Source: an uncultured bacterium
Lineage (GTDB): Bacteria > Auribacterota > Erginobacteria > Erginobacterales > CAZKCI01
Direction of reading: 5' to 3'
Length of the DNA: 32,000 nt
Assembly (NCBI GenBank): GCA_964551475.1
Contig: CAZKCI010000034.1
Span: forward strand, 9,326 to 41,325
This document shows positions 8,190 through 17,651 of the stretch, piece after piece. The translations under genes and the position numbers were made by a program. Positions within the stretch are counted from its first letter, which is position 1. Every line of letters begins with the position of its first letter. The notes beneath the pieces are model-generated. The model searched no databases, was not told the origin of the DNA, and saw only the letters and a program-made list of their open reading frames with translations.

Positions 8190-8211
8190 ACTGGTTTCAA
8201 GGGTCACTGGC

Positions 8212-9288
8212 TTGAAACTGCTCTATATCACACGGAAATTTCCTCCTTCGATCGGGGGCATGCAGAGGTTCAACGGCAAGCTCGCCGCCCACCTCCGCTC
8301 CTCGGGGGAGTTTCGCCTGATCTCCTGGGGACACTCCCAGACCCTTCTCCCGTTCTTCCTCCTTTTTGCTCTCCTCCAGGCCGTCGCCCTGCGCCTGGCC
8401 GGGAAAGTCGACCGGGTCTATCTCGCCGACGGCCTGATGTCGCCCCTGGGGGTTTTCTTCAAGAAGGTTCTCGGCCTCAAGGTCGCCGTCGCCATCCACG
8501 GGCGGGATATCGCCTTCGCCTTCCCCGGCTATCTGACCGTCGTCCCCTGGGCGCTGAGGCGCCTGGACCGCGTGATCTGCGTCTCCTCCCAGCTTAAAGA
8601 GGAGTGCCGACGCTTCGGGGTCCCGGAGAGGATCATCACCTCCATCCCGAACGGCGTAGACGTGGAGGATTTTGCCTGGAGGGAGAAGGCGACGCCGCGG
8701 GAGTTTCTGGGCTGGAAGGAGGACGGCCGGACGGTCCTGATCACGGTGGGCCGCCTGGTGACCAAAAAGGGGGTGGACCGCTTCATCCGGGACATCCTCC
8801 CCGGCGTGGTCGCCGTCGCTCCGCGCGTCCTCTATGTGGTCGTGGGCGGCGGCCCGCTTCTCCGGGAAATCGAAAAGCTGACGGCGGAGAAGGGGCTATC
8901 CGGCCATGTCCTTCTTGCCGGCGACGTCCCCATGGCCGACCCGCGCCTGCGGGCCTTTTACCGCGCCGCCGATATATTCGTCATGCCCAATGTTCTGATC
9001 CCGGGGGATATCGAGGGGTTTGGGATCGTGGCCCTGGAGGGGGGTGCGGCTGGATTGCCGGTGGTCGCCTCCCGCCTGCAGGGGATCCAAGAAGCGATCG
9101 TCGACGGGAAAAACGGGATTCTCATTCCTTGGAGCGACGCCGGGGCGTTCACGCAGACCCTTCTCGGCCTGATCGAAAACCCCGGGGAGAGGAAGAAGCT
9201 GGGGGAATCGGCCCGCCGCTTTGTCGAGGAGAACTATTCCTGGCGGTCGATCGCCCGTCGCTACTGGCAGGAGTTCAGTTCGCTGTAG
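8212..9288 (+). CDS. GT-B fold glycosyltransferase, family 4 / group 1
   Basis: (TTG start) KLLYITRKFPPSIGGMQRF... N-terminus and C-terminal ADIFVMPNVLIPGDIEGFGIVALEGGAAGLPVVASRLQGIQEAIVDGKNGILIP (E-x7-E type group-1 block). Confidence 0.9.
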   Translation: MKLLYITRKFPPSIGGMQRFNGKLAAHLRSSGEFRLISWGHSQTLLPFFLLFALLQAVALRLAGKVDRVYLADGLMSPLGVFFKKVLGLKVAVAIHGRDIAFAFPGYLTVVPWALRRLDRVICVSSQLKEECRRFGVPERIITSIPNGVDVEDFAWREKATPREFLGWKEDGRTVLITVGRLVTKKGVDRFIRDILPGVVAVAPRVLYVVVGGGPLLREIEKLTAEKGLSGHVLLAGDVPMADPRLRAFYRAADIFVMPNVLIPGDIEGFGIVALEGGAAGLPVVASRLQGIQEAIVDGKNGILIPWSDAGAFTQTLLGLIENPGERKKLGESARRFVEENYSWRSIARRYWQEFSSL

Positions 9289-9293
9289 CGAAA

Positions 9294-9345
9294 GGACGCT
9301 ATGGACGTGATGGACGATATGGACTCAATGGACGGTATGGACCAA
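9294..9345 (+). repeat. six GGAC cores at an exact 9-bp period (five full ATGGAC units)
   Basis: GGA at 9294, 9303, 9312, 9321, 9330 and 9339. ATGGAC at 9301, 9310, 9319, 9328 and 9337. Read in frame from 9301 it spells MDVMDDMDSMDGMDQ-stop (9301..9348), preceded by AAAGGA. Confidence 0.7.
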
Positions 9346-9392
9346 TAAACCGAGCTCAAAAGCCTGGCATCTTCGTCGGGCCTTTTTGCTAT

Positions 9393-9436
9393 CCTCCATC
9401 CCCTATCCTCCATCCTCCACCCCCTACCCTCCATCC
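9393..9436. repeat. three CCTCCATCC units (9393, 9407, 9428), partly complementary to the ATGGAC array
   Basis: Read directly. The last unit abuts the stop codon (9438..9440) of the 1347-aa gene. On the minus (sense) strand it reads as a G-rich tail, GGGGATGGAGGGTAGGGGGTGGAGGATGGAGG. Confidence 0.6.
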
Positions 9437-9437
9437 C

Positions 9438-12400
9438 CTATCTCGTCACCGGGATATCCCCCGCCGTCCCGAAGTAGGCCCGTGTGATCGCGAGGGCTCC
9501 CCACATCCCGGTCGCGGACCGGAAAATCCCCGGATCGTCGGTCCCGTTCCCGTCGTAATCGGCCGGGACGAGGTCGTCCCCGTTCGCCCCGAAGTAATAG
9601 CGGGTCAAGCCGGCCACCCCCCACATCCCCTGGCCGGGGCGGAAGATGGCGGCGCGGTCGCGGCCCTCTCCGGCGTAGTCGGCCGGGAGGGGCACGTCGG
9701 TGGAGACGCCGAAGTAGATCCGCGCTCCGCTTCGCGACGCCCACAGCCCCGGCCGGGGACGGTAGATCGCGGCCTCGTCCGTCCCGTCGCCGTCGTAGTC
9801 GGCCGGGACCGCCTGGTCGTCGGAGGATCCGAAATAGATCCGGCTGAGTTCGCGGACCGACCAGAGTCCGGCCGAAGGACGGAAGCCGGCGATATCGCAG
9901 AGGCCGTCGCCGTCGTAGTCGGCCGGGACCGGGAGGTCGAGTGAATTGCCGAAGTAGATCCGGGTGGAGTTCCGGATCGACCAGAGGCCGGCCGAAGGGC
10001 GGAAGACCGCCAGGTCCGCCGTCCCGTCGCCGTCGTAGTCCCCGGGGGCGGGCTGGTCGAGCGATCCGCCGAGATAAGCCCGGGTGAGGTCGCGGACCGA
10101 CCAGAGTCCGGAGGCGGAGCGGAAAACGGCCAGGTCCGCCGTCCCGTCGCCATTGTAGTCGCCGCTCTGCAGGATCCGCCGGGACGAGGCGGCGAAGCCG
10201 ATCTCCAGGGTGTAGTCGCTGACCGCGCCTTCGAAGCCGTCCACCACCAGGTAGTAGGTTCCGCCGACCGCGGCATATTCGATCTCCTCCTGGTAGCCGA
10301 GAGTGCTTCGGTCAACGCAGTCGTTGCGGTCCGGGCCGTCGCAGAGGAAGAGGTCGAGGTCGCCGGAGTAGGCGGTGAGCGAAGCCGTGATCGTTCCCGC
10401 TCCGGCCGCGAAAGCGTAGACCACGTCCGGTCCCGACTCCAGGTTGTAGGGGTAACAGCCGTACTGTCGGTAGTGGTCGAAGAAATCGGCGGTATCCGCG
10501 TCGGTCTGGAATCCGGCGGAGACGGAGAGAGGCCAGAGGAAGGTGTCTCCGGCCCGGGGGAGGGGCGAGGGAGACGGAGAGGGCGAGCGTCCCGGCGTGG
10601 GCGTGGGGGGCGTGGGCGAGGCGGTCCGCGTCGGTGACGCGGTCGGCGCCGGGGAGGCGGTGGGAGAGGGGCTGGGGGAAGGTATCGGCGTCGGCGACGG
10701 GCTCGCCGTCGGCGTGGGCGTGATCAAACGGGGGCTGGGCGTGGGGGAGGGGTCGAGGATGCCCCAGACCTCGACGTCGTCGAGGTTCCAGCCGCTGTAG
10801 CGGCGGATGTTGTCGGTGCGCCCCATCCCCCAGCGGAGGCGCAGGGCGCCCGCCCGGTCGGCGATCGCGGAGAGGTTATAGGAGAGTTCCGTCCAGGCGG
10901 CGTCGAGGACGGCCTCCCCCGGCCCGGCCGGGTTGGCCCAGACCGTCGTCCAGTTGGTCCCGTCGCTCGAGGCCTGCACCGAGGCGTGGTCGTTGGCCGC
11001 CTGCTCCACGTTCAGCCAGCGCCGGAAGCGGAGATAGGTTCCCACCGCGCGGGAAAGGTCGAGGGGGGAGGTGGTCAGATAGTAGGTTTCCGGCAGGTTG
11101 TTGGGGTAGTTGCCGGAGAGGTTGTAGCCGTAGACGTTGTCCCCGGTGTAGCCCGAGGCGGGGTCCGGGTTGCCGTAGGAATCGCCGCAGCCCTCGATCG
11201 GCGTCGGCGCCGGGCAACCCCCCTGCCCGAGCGGCTCCCCGAAAGCCCAGTCCGATTCGGTCGCCCAGCCCGGGTCGGTTTCCAAGTCGAAGGCGTAGAC
11301 TGCCTCCGGCCATTTGGCCGTCGGAGAGGGGGTGGGGGAGGGGGGGACGGTCGGAGAGGGTGTGGGCGTGAAGGTAAGGGTCGGGCTCGGGGAGGGCGTC
11401 GGCGTGGGCGGCGTGGGCGTGGTCGAGGGGCTGGGCGTGGGGGAGGGGGTCTCGATCGCGAAGGGGAGGTTGGCGGAAAACTCGGAGGTGGACCCCAGGG
11501 CGGTGGCCGAGTCGGCGGTGAGCCAGTCGCCGAGTGTCAGGCCGGCGAGTGTCTCGATCGACCAGGCCGGCTGATCGTCGGCCGGGAACGAGACCAGGAA
11601 ATAGAGCCCTTCCCCGGGTCCGGCGCCGTCGGTGTCGGCCGTGAAGAGTTCGACGGAGGAGCCCGGGCTTTTGGACCCCGTGACGCGGGCGGAGGTGTCG
11701 GAGAGCCAGGTGACCGCGGCGATCAGGGGCGCCGCCGCGCCCTCGTTGGCGCCGTTCCGGAGAGCGATCCCCAGCCCCCCGTTCTCGCGGAACGAGTTCT
11801 TCGTGACGAGGTTGTAGTAGGTCTCCGCCCCGTCGACGAGGCATCCGTCGCCGTTCCCGCTCTGGCCGTTGAAGGCGATCAGGTTGGAGGAGAAACTGTT
11901 GCCGGCCCCGCCCGCCGCCACCGCCGCGCCGCCGGAGAGGTTGCCGAGGCGGATCGTCCCTCCCGGATCGGTCCCGATCGCGTTCCCCGCGATCTCGTTG
12001 CCGCGGGCGGCTGTCCCCTCGATCCTGATCCCCGCCCCGGCGTTCCCCCCGATCACGTTCAGGTAGTAGGAGTCGGGGCCGCCGACCACGTTGGACTCCG
12101 CCGCCCAGCCCGCCCCCTCCGCGCCCTCCAGGAGCACCCCGTGGAGGGAGTTCCCGATCGCGTGGGCGGCGCCGCCGTCCGTCCCGATGAAATTGCCCTC
12201 GATCAGGTTGGCCGCCCCCCGGGTGATCCGGATCCCGCAGCCCTGGTTCCCGGAGATCACGTTCCCCTCGCCGGGACCGCTCCCGCCGATCCGGTTCTCC
12301 CGCGCGCCGGCCTCGATCAGGATCCCGCCGTCGGACTCGGCGGAGGTCCCATTCCCGAGCGGGGAAGATCCGTCGGCGGCGAGACCGATGACGGAGAAAC

Positions 12401-13481
12401 GGACGAGGTTCTCGCGGGAGAGGTTGAGCGCGTCGTCGGTCTGAGTGATCCGGACGCCCCAGGAGGAGTTCCCGCTGATCAGGTTGGCGGTGTCGGAGGA
12501 GTTTCCCGCCGCCACGCCGGCGCTGTCGGAGATCAGGACCCCCCACTGGTTGGGGATGGCGGCCTGGCCGGTCGCGTCCGTCCCGATGTTATTGCCCAGG
12601 ACCAGGTTGGATCCGGCGGTGCAGTCGGAGAACTCCACGCCGGCCCCCGAGGAATGGCCGGAGATCAGGTTGCCCAGCCCCCCCGCTCTCGATCCGCCGA
12701 TCTCGTTGTCTTCGGTGGCGCGGAGATAGACGCCCCCCAGCGTGTTGGGGCGGGCGGCGTCACCGGCGGGGGTCACGCCGATGTAGTTGTTCCGGAGCGC
12801 GGCCTGGAAAGCCCCGCCCAGGCCGGGGTTGATGGAGATCCCGTAGCCGGAGTTGGCGGAGACACAGTTGCGGTTTGCCCCCGCCCCCCCGATCAGGTCG
12901 CCGAAACCCCCCTCGTCGCGGATCCCGTCCCCCCCGTTTCCGGCCGCGGTCCCGTCGGCCCTAACGCCGACGAAGTTCGCCTGGACCACGGTGGAGGACC
13001 CGCTCACGATCAGGATCCCGTGGCTCAGATTGGAGATGATCTCGTTGGGGGCGTCGGCGGCGCCGATGGTCGCGTTCAGGCCGTCCACCTCGATCCCGTA
13101 CTGGCCGTTGCGGATGCTGAGCCCCTGGATCGAGCAGCCGTCGGCCGCGATCTGGAAGACGGTCTGGCCGGACCCATCGATGATGATGTCCCCCGTCCCC
13201 TGGCCCTGTCCGGCCCCGTCGATCTGGAGGTTGTTGGATTCCAGGCGAAGGGTCCCCTGGCCGGCGCTCAGCGTGATGACGGTGGGGGAACCGGGAGGGA
13301 ACTCGGTCTGGGAGAAGAAGATGGGTCCCGGATCGTACTCGATCCCATAGCGGAGCTCGCCCGCGGTCAGCGTTTCGCTGTCGAAGGAGGAGGTGACGAG
13401 GTAGTCGGCTCCGGCTCCCCGGAGCGGGGTGAAGAAGAGCAGGAAAAGGGGGAGGATTCCGAGTTGGCGTCCTGTCCGCAT
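9438..13481 (-). CDS. very large secreted multidomain protein: signal peptide, parallel beta-helix repeats, PT-linker, MAM/LamG-like jelly-roll, PT-linker, PPC-like domain, six FG-GAP/VCBS-like repeats
   Basis: - Start: [25 protein letters not shown] signal peptide at ATG 13481. The TTG at 13514 overlaps a predicted -10 box.
- Beta-helix: repeated N[FY]IG[TV]d..G......N...G[VI] turns.
- Linkers: two (T/S)P-rich linkers.
- Jelly-roll: WAFGEP...[12 protein letters not shown]...LTSPLDLS...[10 protein letters not shown]...DGTNWTTVW...[11 protein letters not shown].
- PPC-like: DLDLFLC...[10 protein letters not shown]...YTLEI.
- C-terminus: six 40-aa DYDGDG repeats. Confidence 0.9.
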   Translation of the reverse strand: MRTGRQLGILPLFLLFFTPLRGAGADYLVTSSFDSETLTAGELRYGIEYDPGPIFFSQTEFPPGSPTVITLSAGQGTLRLESNNLQIDGAGQGQGTGDIIIDGSGQTVFQIAADGCSIQGLSIRNGQYGIEVDGLNATIGAADAPNEIISNLSHGILIVSGSSTVVQANFVGVRADGTAAGNGGDGIRDEGGFGDLIGGAGANRNCVSANSGYGISINPGLGGAFQAALRNNYIGVTPAGDAARPNTLGGVYLRATEDNEIGGSRAGGLGNLISGHSSGAGVEFSDCTAGSNLVLGNNIGTDATGQAAIPNQWGVLISDSAGVAAGNSSDTANLISGNSSWGVRITQTDDALNLSRENLVRFSVIGLAADGSSPLGNGTSAESDGGILIEAGARENRIGGSGPGEGNVISGNQGCGIRITRGAANLIEGNFIGTDGGAAHAIGNSLHGVLLEGAEGAGWAAESNVVGGPDSYYLNVIGGNAGAGIRIEGTAARGNEIAGNAIGTDPGGTIRLGNLSGGAAVAAGGAGNSFSSNLIAFNGQSGNGDGCLVDGAETYYNLVTKNSFRENGGLGIALRNGANEGAAAPLIAAVTWLSDTSARVTGSKSPGSSVELFTADTDGAGPGEGLYFLVSFPADDQPAWSIETLAGLTLGDWLTADSATALGSTSEFSANLPFAIETPSPTPSPSTTPTPPTPTPSPSPTLTFTPTPSPTVPPSPTPSPTAKWPEAVYAFDLETDPGWATESDWAFGEPLGQGGCPAPTPIEGCGDSYGNPDPASGYTGDNVYGYNLSGNYPNNLPETYYLTTSPLDLSRAVGTYLRFRRWLNVEQAANDHASVQASSDGTNWTTVWANPAGPGEAVLDAAWTELSYNLSAIADRAGALRLRWGMGRTDNIRRYSGWNLDDVEVWGILDPSPTPSPRLITPTPTASPSPTPIPSPSPSPTASPAPTASPTRTASPTPPTPTPGRSPSPSPSPLPRAGDTFLWPLSVSAGFQTDADTADFFDHYRQYGCYPYNLESGPDVVYAFAAGAGTITASLTAYSGDLDLFLCDGPDRNDCVDRSTLGYQEEIEYAAVGGTYYLVVDGFEGAVSDYTLEIGFAASSRRILQSGDYNGDGTADLAVFRSASGLWSVRDLTRAYLGGSLDQPAPGDYDGDGTADLAVFRPSAGLWSIRNSTRIYFGNSLDLPVPADYDGDGLCDIAGFRPSAGLWSVRELSRIYFGSSDDQAVPADYDGDGTDEAAIYRPRPGLWASRSGARIYFGVSTDVPLPADYAGEGRDRAAIFRPGQGMWGVAGLTRYYFGANGDDLVPADYDGNGTDDPGIFRSATGMWGALAITRAYFGTAGDIPVTR
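9441..10163 (-). repeat. six tandem 120-bp coding repeats (40-aa FG-GAP/VCBS-like unit), ending in ...GDIPVTR-stop
   Basis: Units start GDYNGDG, GDYDGDG, ADYDGDG, ADYDGDG, ADYAGEG and ADYDGNG. Identical 27-mers at 9784..9810 and 9904..9930, and identical 22-mers at 9850..9871 and 10090..10111. Confidence 0.9.
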
Positions 13482-13512
13482 GAGCCGAGCTTCCGTCGGA
13501 AGGTCTACCAGC

Positions 13513-13541
13513 AATATAGCGGAAAGGACGAGGACTGTCCA
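13513..13541 (-). promoter_or_regulatory. candidate sigma70-type promoter TGGACA-N17-TATATT for the 1347-aa gene
   Basis: The minus strand reads TGGACAGTCCTCGTCCTTTCCGCTATATT, with the -10 ending about 32 nt upstream of ATG 13481. Confidence 0.45.
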
Positions 13542-13681
13542 GACGGCTTCAGCCGGAGGATGTCGGTTGTCGCGCCGGGCCTCCCCCGTCCGGCCGTTGT
13601 CGGCCAGTTCTCCGCCTCCGCCCTGCGGGCTGCGGCGGACAAGTACGGGCCGGCGTAGCTGGGCCCGTCACGCAGTTGTAG

Positions 13682-13700
13682 GCCGGTTCTGTGAACCGGC
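13682..13700 (-). terminator. 8-bp GC-rich hairpin (GCCGGTTC-TGT-GAACCGGC) downstream of the 13745..15391 gene
   Basis: Read directly. No U-tract, so the role is inferred from position, 45 nt after the stop. Confidence 0.35.
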
Positions 13701-13744
13701 GGCCGGGCCGTTACGAACGTGCAAGAGGACGAGTGTTTTATGCT

Positions 13745-15391
13745 TTATCTCGTCGCCGGCAAATCTCCGGTCGACCCCAGGTAGATCCTGGTGACATCGC
13801 GGACGGACCAGAGGCCGGCGGCGGCGCGGAAGACGGCGATATCGGATTGTCCCGTCCCCCGTAGATCAGCCGGGACCGCCCGGTCCGCCGACTGACCGAA
13901 GAAGACCCGGGTGAAATTGAGGACGGACCACATTCCGTTCGATGCCCGGAAGATGGCTGGTTCGGCGCCCCCGCCGCCGTCGTAGTCGGCCGGGACGACC
14001 TGGTCCCCCGCGCCGCCGAAATAGGCCCGGCTGAAGTCGCGAGCCGACCAGAGTCCCGAGGACGGGCGGAAGACGGCGATGTCTTCAGTGCCGTCGCCGC
14101 TGAAGTCGGCGGGGACGGGGATGTCGCTCGATCCGCCGAAGTAAACCCGGGTGAGGTCCCGGGCCGACCACATGCCGGAAGAGGGTCGGAAGATCGCCGG
14201 ACGGACCCCGCTCCCGGAGTAGTCCCCGGGGACGGAGAAGTCGCCGGTGGAGCCGAGGTAGATCCGGCTCAGGTTCCGGACCGACCACATCCCCCCGACC
14301 GCGCGGAAGATCGTGATGTCGGTCGTCCCGTCGCCGTTGAAGTCGGCGCAGGCGGGGACGTCGGCGGAAGCGCCGAAGTAGACGCGGGTGACGTTCCGGA
14401 TCGACCAGAGCGTGGCGGACGGGCGGAAGACGGAGATGTCGTCCGTTCCGTCGCCGTCATAGTCGCCCGAATCGATGACGAAATAGAAGGGCGTGGCGAC
14501 AGGCGCGGGCGTGGGCGGGACCGGTGTGGGTGTCGGCGTCGGCGGAGTCGAAGTCGTACAGGGGCAACTCGGCGTGGGCGTCGGCGTCAGGGGTGTCGGC
14601 GATTGAGTACAGAGGCACTCTGGGGTGGGCGTCGGGGACGGGGCGGGAGTCGGCGTCAGGGGGGTCGATGTGGGGAGAGGCGTGGTCAGTACGTAGAGCT
14701 CGAAGGCCATGTCCATCGAGTTGGGCGAGAGGCGGTGACCTTGGGGCCAGGTCATCTCGGCCCAAAAAGCCTCCCCGCACATCTCGGAGATGACGGCGTC
14801 GTCATTCCAGTGGAATTCCGAGTTTTTCCAGCCCCAGGGGTTGATCGGAGGGAGCGGTGCAGTGTACATGGCCGCGATGTTGATGAAATAGTAGTAGCCC
14901 TCGACCTGGGGCAGTGGCGTGATGAGATCGCACTCGAAATAGTATTCGTGCTCGTAGTGGCCGGGGTTGTTCCAGACCGTGTGCGAGCACCAGTAGCCCC
15001 AACCGTAATCGACGATCTGCTGATCAACCATGAGCTGATCCGGCATGCTGTAGGCGCCTTCGGGATGGGTGTAGCTATGCCAGCTGATGCCGAATGCAGG
15101 GGGGAGGTTTTCGGGGAGCGGCGGGGCGATGGGGATCGGCACCGTGTCCTGGAAGCCCGGGAAGGATCCCCACCAGCGGAGGTGGGCGATCGGCCGCGGG
15201 TCGTTGCAGACAAAATCATCCGCAACGGTGAAGCAGACCGGTGGCGCGGTATTCAGGTTCCAGTAGGAGAGGACGTCGAAGCCGTCGATACAGTTGGGCG
15301 GCTGCTCCCACTTGAGGCTGTATTGAGCGTTCGCCGAAAAGGCGATGAGGATGCCGACACAGACCGCTGACGCGATGGTCCAGGCTCTCAT
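13745..15391 (-). CDS. secreted protein: Trp-rich N-terminal domain, Cys-containing PT-linker, six FG-GAP/VCBS-like repeats
   Basis: ATG 15391 is preceded by AAGGAGG at 7 nt. MRAWTIASAVCVGILIAFSANA signal peptide. KWEQPP...ADDFVC...HLRWWGS...WGWKNS domain (a signature I recall from unannotated secreted proteins; function unknown). TPLTPTPAPSPTPTPECLCTQSPTP...PSCPCTTSTPPTPTP linker. Six 39-41-aa repeats ending GDLPATR-stop. Confidence 0.9.
   Translation of the reverse strand: MRAWTIASAVCVGILIAFSANAQYSLKWEQPPNCIDGFDVLSYWNLNTAPPVCFTVADDFVCNDPRPIAHLRWWGSFPGFQDTVPIPIAPPLPENLPPAFGISWHSYTHPEGAYSMPDQLMVDQQIVDYGWGYWCSHTVWNNPGHYEHEYYFECDLITPLPQVEGYYYFINIAAMYTAPLPPINPWGWKNSEFHWNDDAVISEMCGEAFWAEMTWPQGHRLSPNSMDMAFELYVLTTPLPTSTPLTPTPAPSPTPTPECLCTQSPTPLTPTPTPSCPCTTSTPPTPTPTPVPPTPAPVATPFYFVIDSGDYDGDGTDDISVFRPSATLWSIRNVTRVYFGASADVPACADFNGDGTTDITIFRAVGGMWSVRNLSRIYLGSTGDFSVPGDYSGSGVRPAIFRPSSGMWSARDLTRVYFGGSSDIPVPADFSGDGTEDIAVFRPSSGLWSARDFSRAYFGGAGDQVVPADYDGGGGAEPAIFRASNGMWSVLNFTRVFFGQSADRAVPADLRGTGQSDIAVFRAAAGLWSVRDVTRIYLGSTGDLPATR
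13748..14467 (-). repeat. six tandem ~120-bp coding repeats (FG-GAP/VCBS-like)
   Basis: Units start GDYDGDG, ADFNGDG, GDYSGSG, ADFSGDG, ADYDGGG and ADLRGTG. Confidence 0.9.
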
Positions 15392-15435
15392 GACAGGCCT
15401 CCTTGGGTTGTCGAGCGACAAACTCTCGCTATTCA

Positions 15436-15465
15436 AATCTAATCACGCCAGCGGAAAGATGTCAA
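15436..15465 (-). promoter_or_regulatory. candidate sigma70-type promoter TTGACA-N18-TAGATT for 13745..15391
   Basis: The minus strand reads TTGACATCTTTCCGCTGGCGTGATTAGATT, about 45 nt upstream of ATG 15391. Confidence 0.4.
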
Positions 15466-15500
15466 GAGATAAATGGGAATTGCTGATTGCCGATCACTGA

Positions 15501-17492
15501 TCACTGATCACTGGTCTGCTTCCGGCTTACCCCTGTTTTCTCCAGTCGTTCCAGCGTCCGAGCGAGGTTGTGTTGCGCCTCGGGAAAATCGGGGCGGATC
15601 CGGAGAGCCTCGCGGAACTCCTCGCCGGCCTCGGCGAATTTTCCCTGACGGGAGAGTGTGACGCCGAGGTTGGCATGCGCCTCCGCGTAGGCGGGACGGA
15701 TCTCGATCGCCCGCCGGTAGCGCGCGGCCGCCTCTTCGAAGCGCCCCAGGCTGTCGAGGTCGATGCCCGCGTTGTAGTGCGCCTCGGCGTAGAGGGGGCG
15801 GAGACGGATCGCCTCGTCGTACTCCCGGATCGCCTGTTCGAGAAGTCCCATGCGGGAGAGGGCGATCCCCCGGTTGTTGTGCGCCTCGGGGTAGGCGGGC
15901 TGGAGGCGGATCGCCCGATCGAGATGGGGCGCCGCCTCCGCCGTCCGGCCCCGGTATATCAGCGCCTCGGCGAGGTTGTTGTGCGCCTCCCCGGAGGCGG
16001 GGTCGATCCGGATCGCCTCCTCGTATTCCCGGATCGCCTCGTCGGTTCGCCCCCCTTCGAAGAGCAGAACGCCGAGCGTATTGCGGGCGGGGGCGTAGGC
16101 GGGGTCGACCGCGATCGCCTTCCGGAGGAGCGGTTCCGCTTCCTCGGCGCGCCCCGTGCGCAGAAGGGCGTGGCCGAGGTTGGCGAGCAGGCGGGGGTCG
16201 TCGGGGCGCGTCCGCAGCGCCGTCTCGAGCTCGGCGATCGCCTCCGCGGTTTTCCCTTCGGCGAAAAGGTCGTTGGCGAGGTTGTTCCGGGCCAGCCAGC
16301 AGGCTCCGTTCTTCTCGATCACGTCCCGGAAGAGCGTCTGGGAGTCGCGGTATTTCCCCGTCTGGAGCGTGGTGAGGAGGAAGAGGACGGAGAGGACGGC
16401 CGCCCCCGCCGCCCTGGCCACGCGCGGAGGCAACGCCCCGGCCAGAGAGGCGGCGGCCGCGATGGGGACGGCGGCCGCGAGATAGGCGTAATGGTCGGCG
16501 ACAAAGGAGTAGATCTGGGCGTAGAAACTGATGAAGCCGAGAGCGGGGGCGAGCAGGACGGCGTAGAGGGCGGCGGCGGCGAAGGCCCCCCGGCCCTTCC
16601 GCCGCCGGTTCCAGAAGGCAATGAGGATGATCGCGGCCAGGAGCGGGTAGAGCCAGACGACCGCATCCCCGGCGGAGATCTCCCAGCGGGGATAGACGAA
16701 GGAGAGACGGACGGGGAAGACAATTTTGGCGAGATAGAACCAGAGGGCCCTTCCCGCGACGAGGATCCGCTCGGGCCAGGCGAGAGACCACGGTTCGCCC
16801 CGCGTCCCGACATGAGCGACCTCGAGCCTCCAGGTGTACGCCCCGGCCAGGAGCGAGAGGAGGAGGAAGGGCGCGGTCTCCCCCAGCATCCGGCGGCTGA
16901 TCTTCTCCCCCCTCCACCAGCGCAGGGTGAGGAGGGCGAGGGGGAAGGTGGCGACGAAGGTTTTGGCGGTGAGAGCGAGAAAGTAGAGCGCGAGAGAGGC
17001 CGCGTAACGGGAGGCGCGCCTTTGCTCTTCCCAGCGCAGGAAGGCGAGGAGGGAGGAGAGGAGGAAGAAGGCGCTGAGGACGTTCTTCGCCTCGGTCACC
17101 CAGGCGACCGACTCGACGTTGATCGGGTGGAGGCCGAAGGCCGCAGCCGCCGCCCAGGCGCCGCGCAGTTTCAGGCGGCGGAGGATGAGCCAGAGGAGAA
17201 CGGCGTCGGCTCCGTGGAGGAGGACGTTGGCCAGATGGTAGCCGAAGGGGTGGAACCCCCAGAGGCGGGCCTCCAGCCAGAAGAAGGTGTAGGTGAGGGG
17301 ATAGTTCTGTCCGAGCGATTCATCGGTGTGCCAGACCCGGAGGATGGACCTCTCGCCCCGGACATGGGGGTTCGCCCAGACCCAGGCGTCGTCATCCCAG
17401 ACGAAGCCCGCCCGGAAGACCGGCAGGTAGGCGGCCAGTATGATGAGGCAGAGACCTCCCGCGCCGATCAGATTCCGCCCCCGCGCCGTCAT
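15501..17492 (-). CDS. GT-C membrane glycosyltransferase fused to C-terminal TPR repeats (TMTC/DUF1736-like protein O-mannosyltransferase family)
   Basis: The N-terminal polytopic half carries GFVWDDD in loop 1 and HPINVESVAWV, the two motifs I associate with TMTC-type enzymes. The C-terminal half has about 7-8 TPR units (A..N.G.AL......A...Y..AI...P). Confidence 0.85.
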   Translation of the reverse strand: MTARGRNLIGAGGLCLIILAAYLPVFRAGFVWDDDAWVWANPHVRGERSILRVWHTDESLGQNYPLTYTFFWLEARLWGFHPFGYHLANVLLHGADAVLLWLILRRLKLRGAWAAAAAFGLHPINVESVAWVTEAKNVLSAFFLLSSLLAFLRWEEQRRASRYAASLALYFLALTAKTFVATFPLALLTLRWWRGEKISRRMLGETAPFLLLSLLAGAYTWRLEVAHVGTRGEPWSLAWPERILVAGRALWFYLAKIVFPVRLSFVYPRWEISAGDAVVWLYPLLAAIILIAFWNRRRKGRGAFAAAALYAVLLAPALGFISFYAQIYSFVADHYAYLAAAVPIAAAASLAGALPPRVARAAGAAVLSVLFLLTTLQTGKYRDSQTLFRDVIEKNGACWLARNNLANDLFAEGKTAEAIAELETALRTRPDDPRLLANLGHALLRTGRAEEAEPLLRKAIAVDPAYAPARNTLGVLLFEGGRTDEAIREYEEAIRIDPASGEAHNNLAEALIYRGRTAEAAPHLDRAIRLQPAYPEAHNNRGIALSRMGLLEQAIREYDEAIRLRPLYAEAHYNAGIDLDSLGRFEEAAARYRRAIEIRPAYAEAHANLGVTLSRQGKFAEAGEEFREALRIRPDFPEAQHNLARTLERLEKTGVSRKQTSDQ

Positions 17493-17594
17493 GGACGCAG
17501 TTTAGCAAGCCTTCGCTTCGACGACAACAAGCGGAACCCTCGCGGCCTGGCCAACCATTTCAACAGACGAGCCAAGCCATCCCGCGCTTTGTAG

Positions 17595-17615
17595 GGGCGA
17601 ACCTTGTGTTCGCCC
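17595..17615 (-). terminator. 8-bp hairpin GGGCGAAC-CTTGT-GTTCGCCC downstream of the hybrid kinase gene
   Basis: Read directly, about 40 nt after the stop at 17652. No U-tract. Confidence 0.35.
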
Positions 17616-17651
17616 TCATCGAGCCGGCCGCAGCCGACTATTCACCATTCT

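Noticed and set aside
8100-8597. + ORF of 165 aa starting inside palindromic element B and overlapping the GT4 gene out of frame.
   Set aside because: It starts within the repeat element, is Pro/Arg/Gly-rich, and competes with a GT4 gene that has clear family motifs.
15492-15512. GATCACT x3 tandem repeat (three GATC sites) straddling the stop codon of 15501..17492.
   Set aside because: It is real but only 21 bp and partly coding (…TSDQ-stop). No partner site or recurrence was seen, so it is most simply a short slippage duplication.
17560-17574. Sigma54-like sequence TGGCTC-GTCTG-TTGA (minus strand) upstream of the GT-C/TPR gene 15501..17492.
   Set aside because: The near-invariant GC of the -12 element is replaced by GA and the -24 box is imperfect. 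This is too weak to call without a scoring matrix or expression data.
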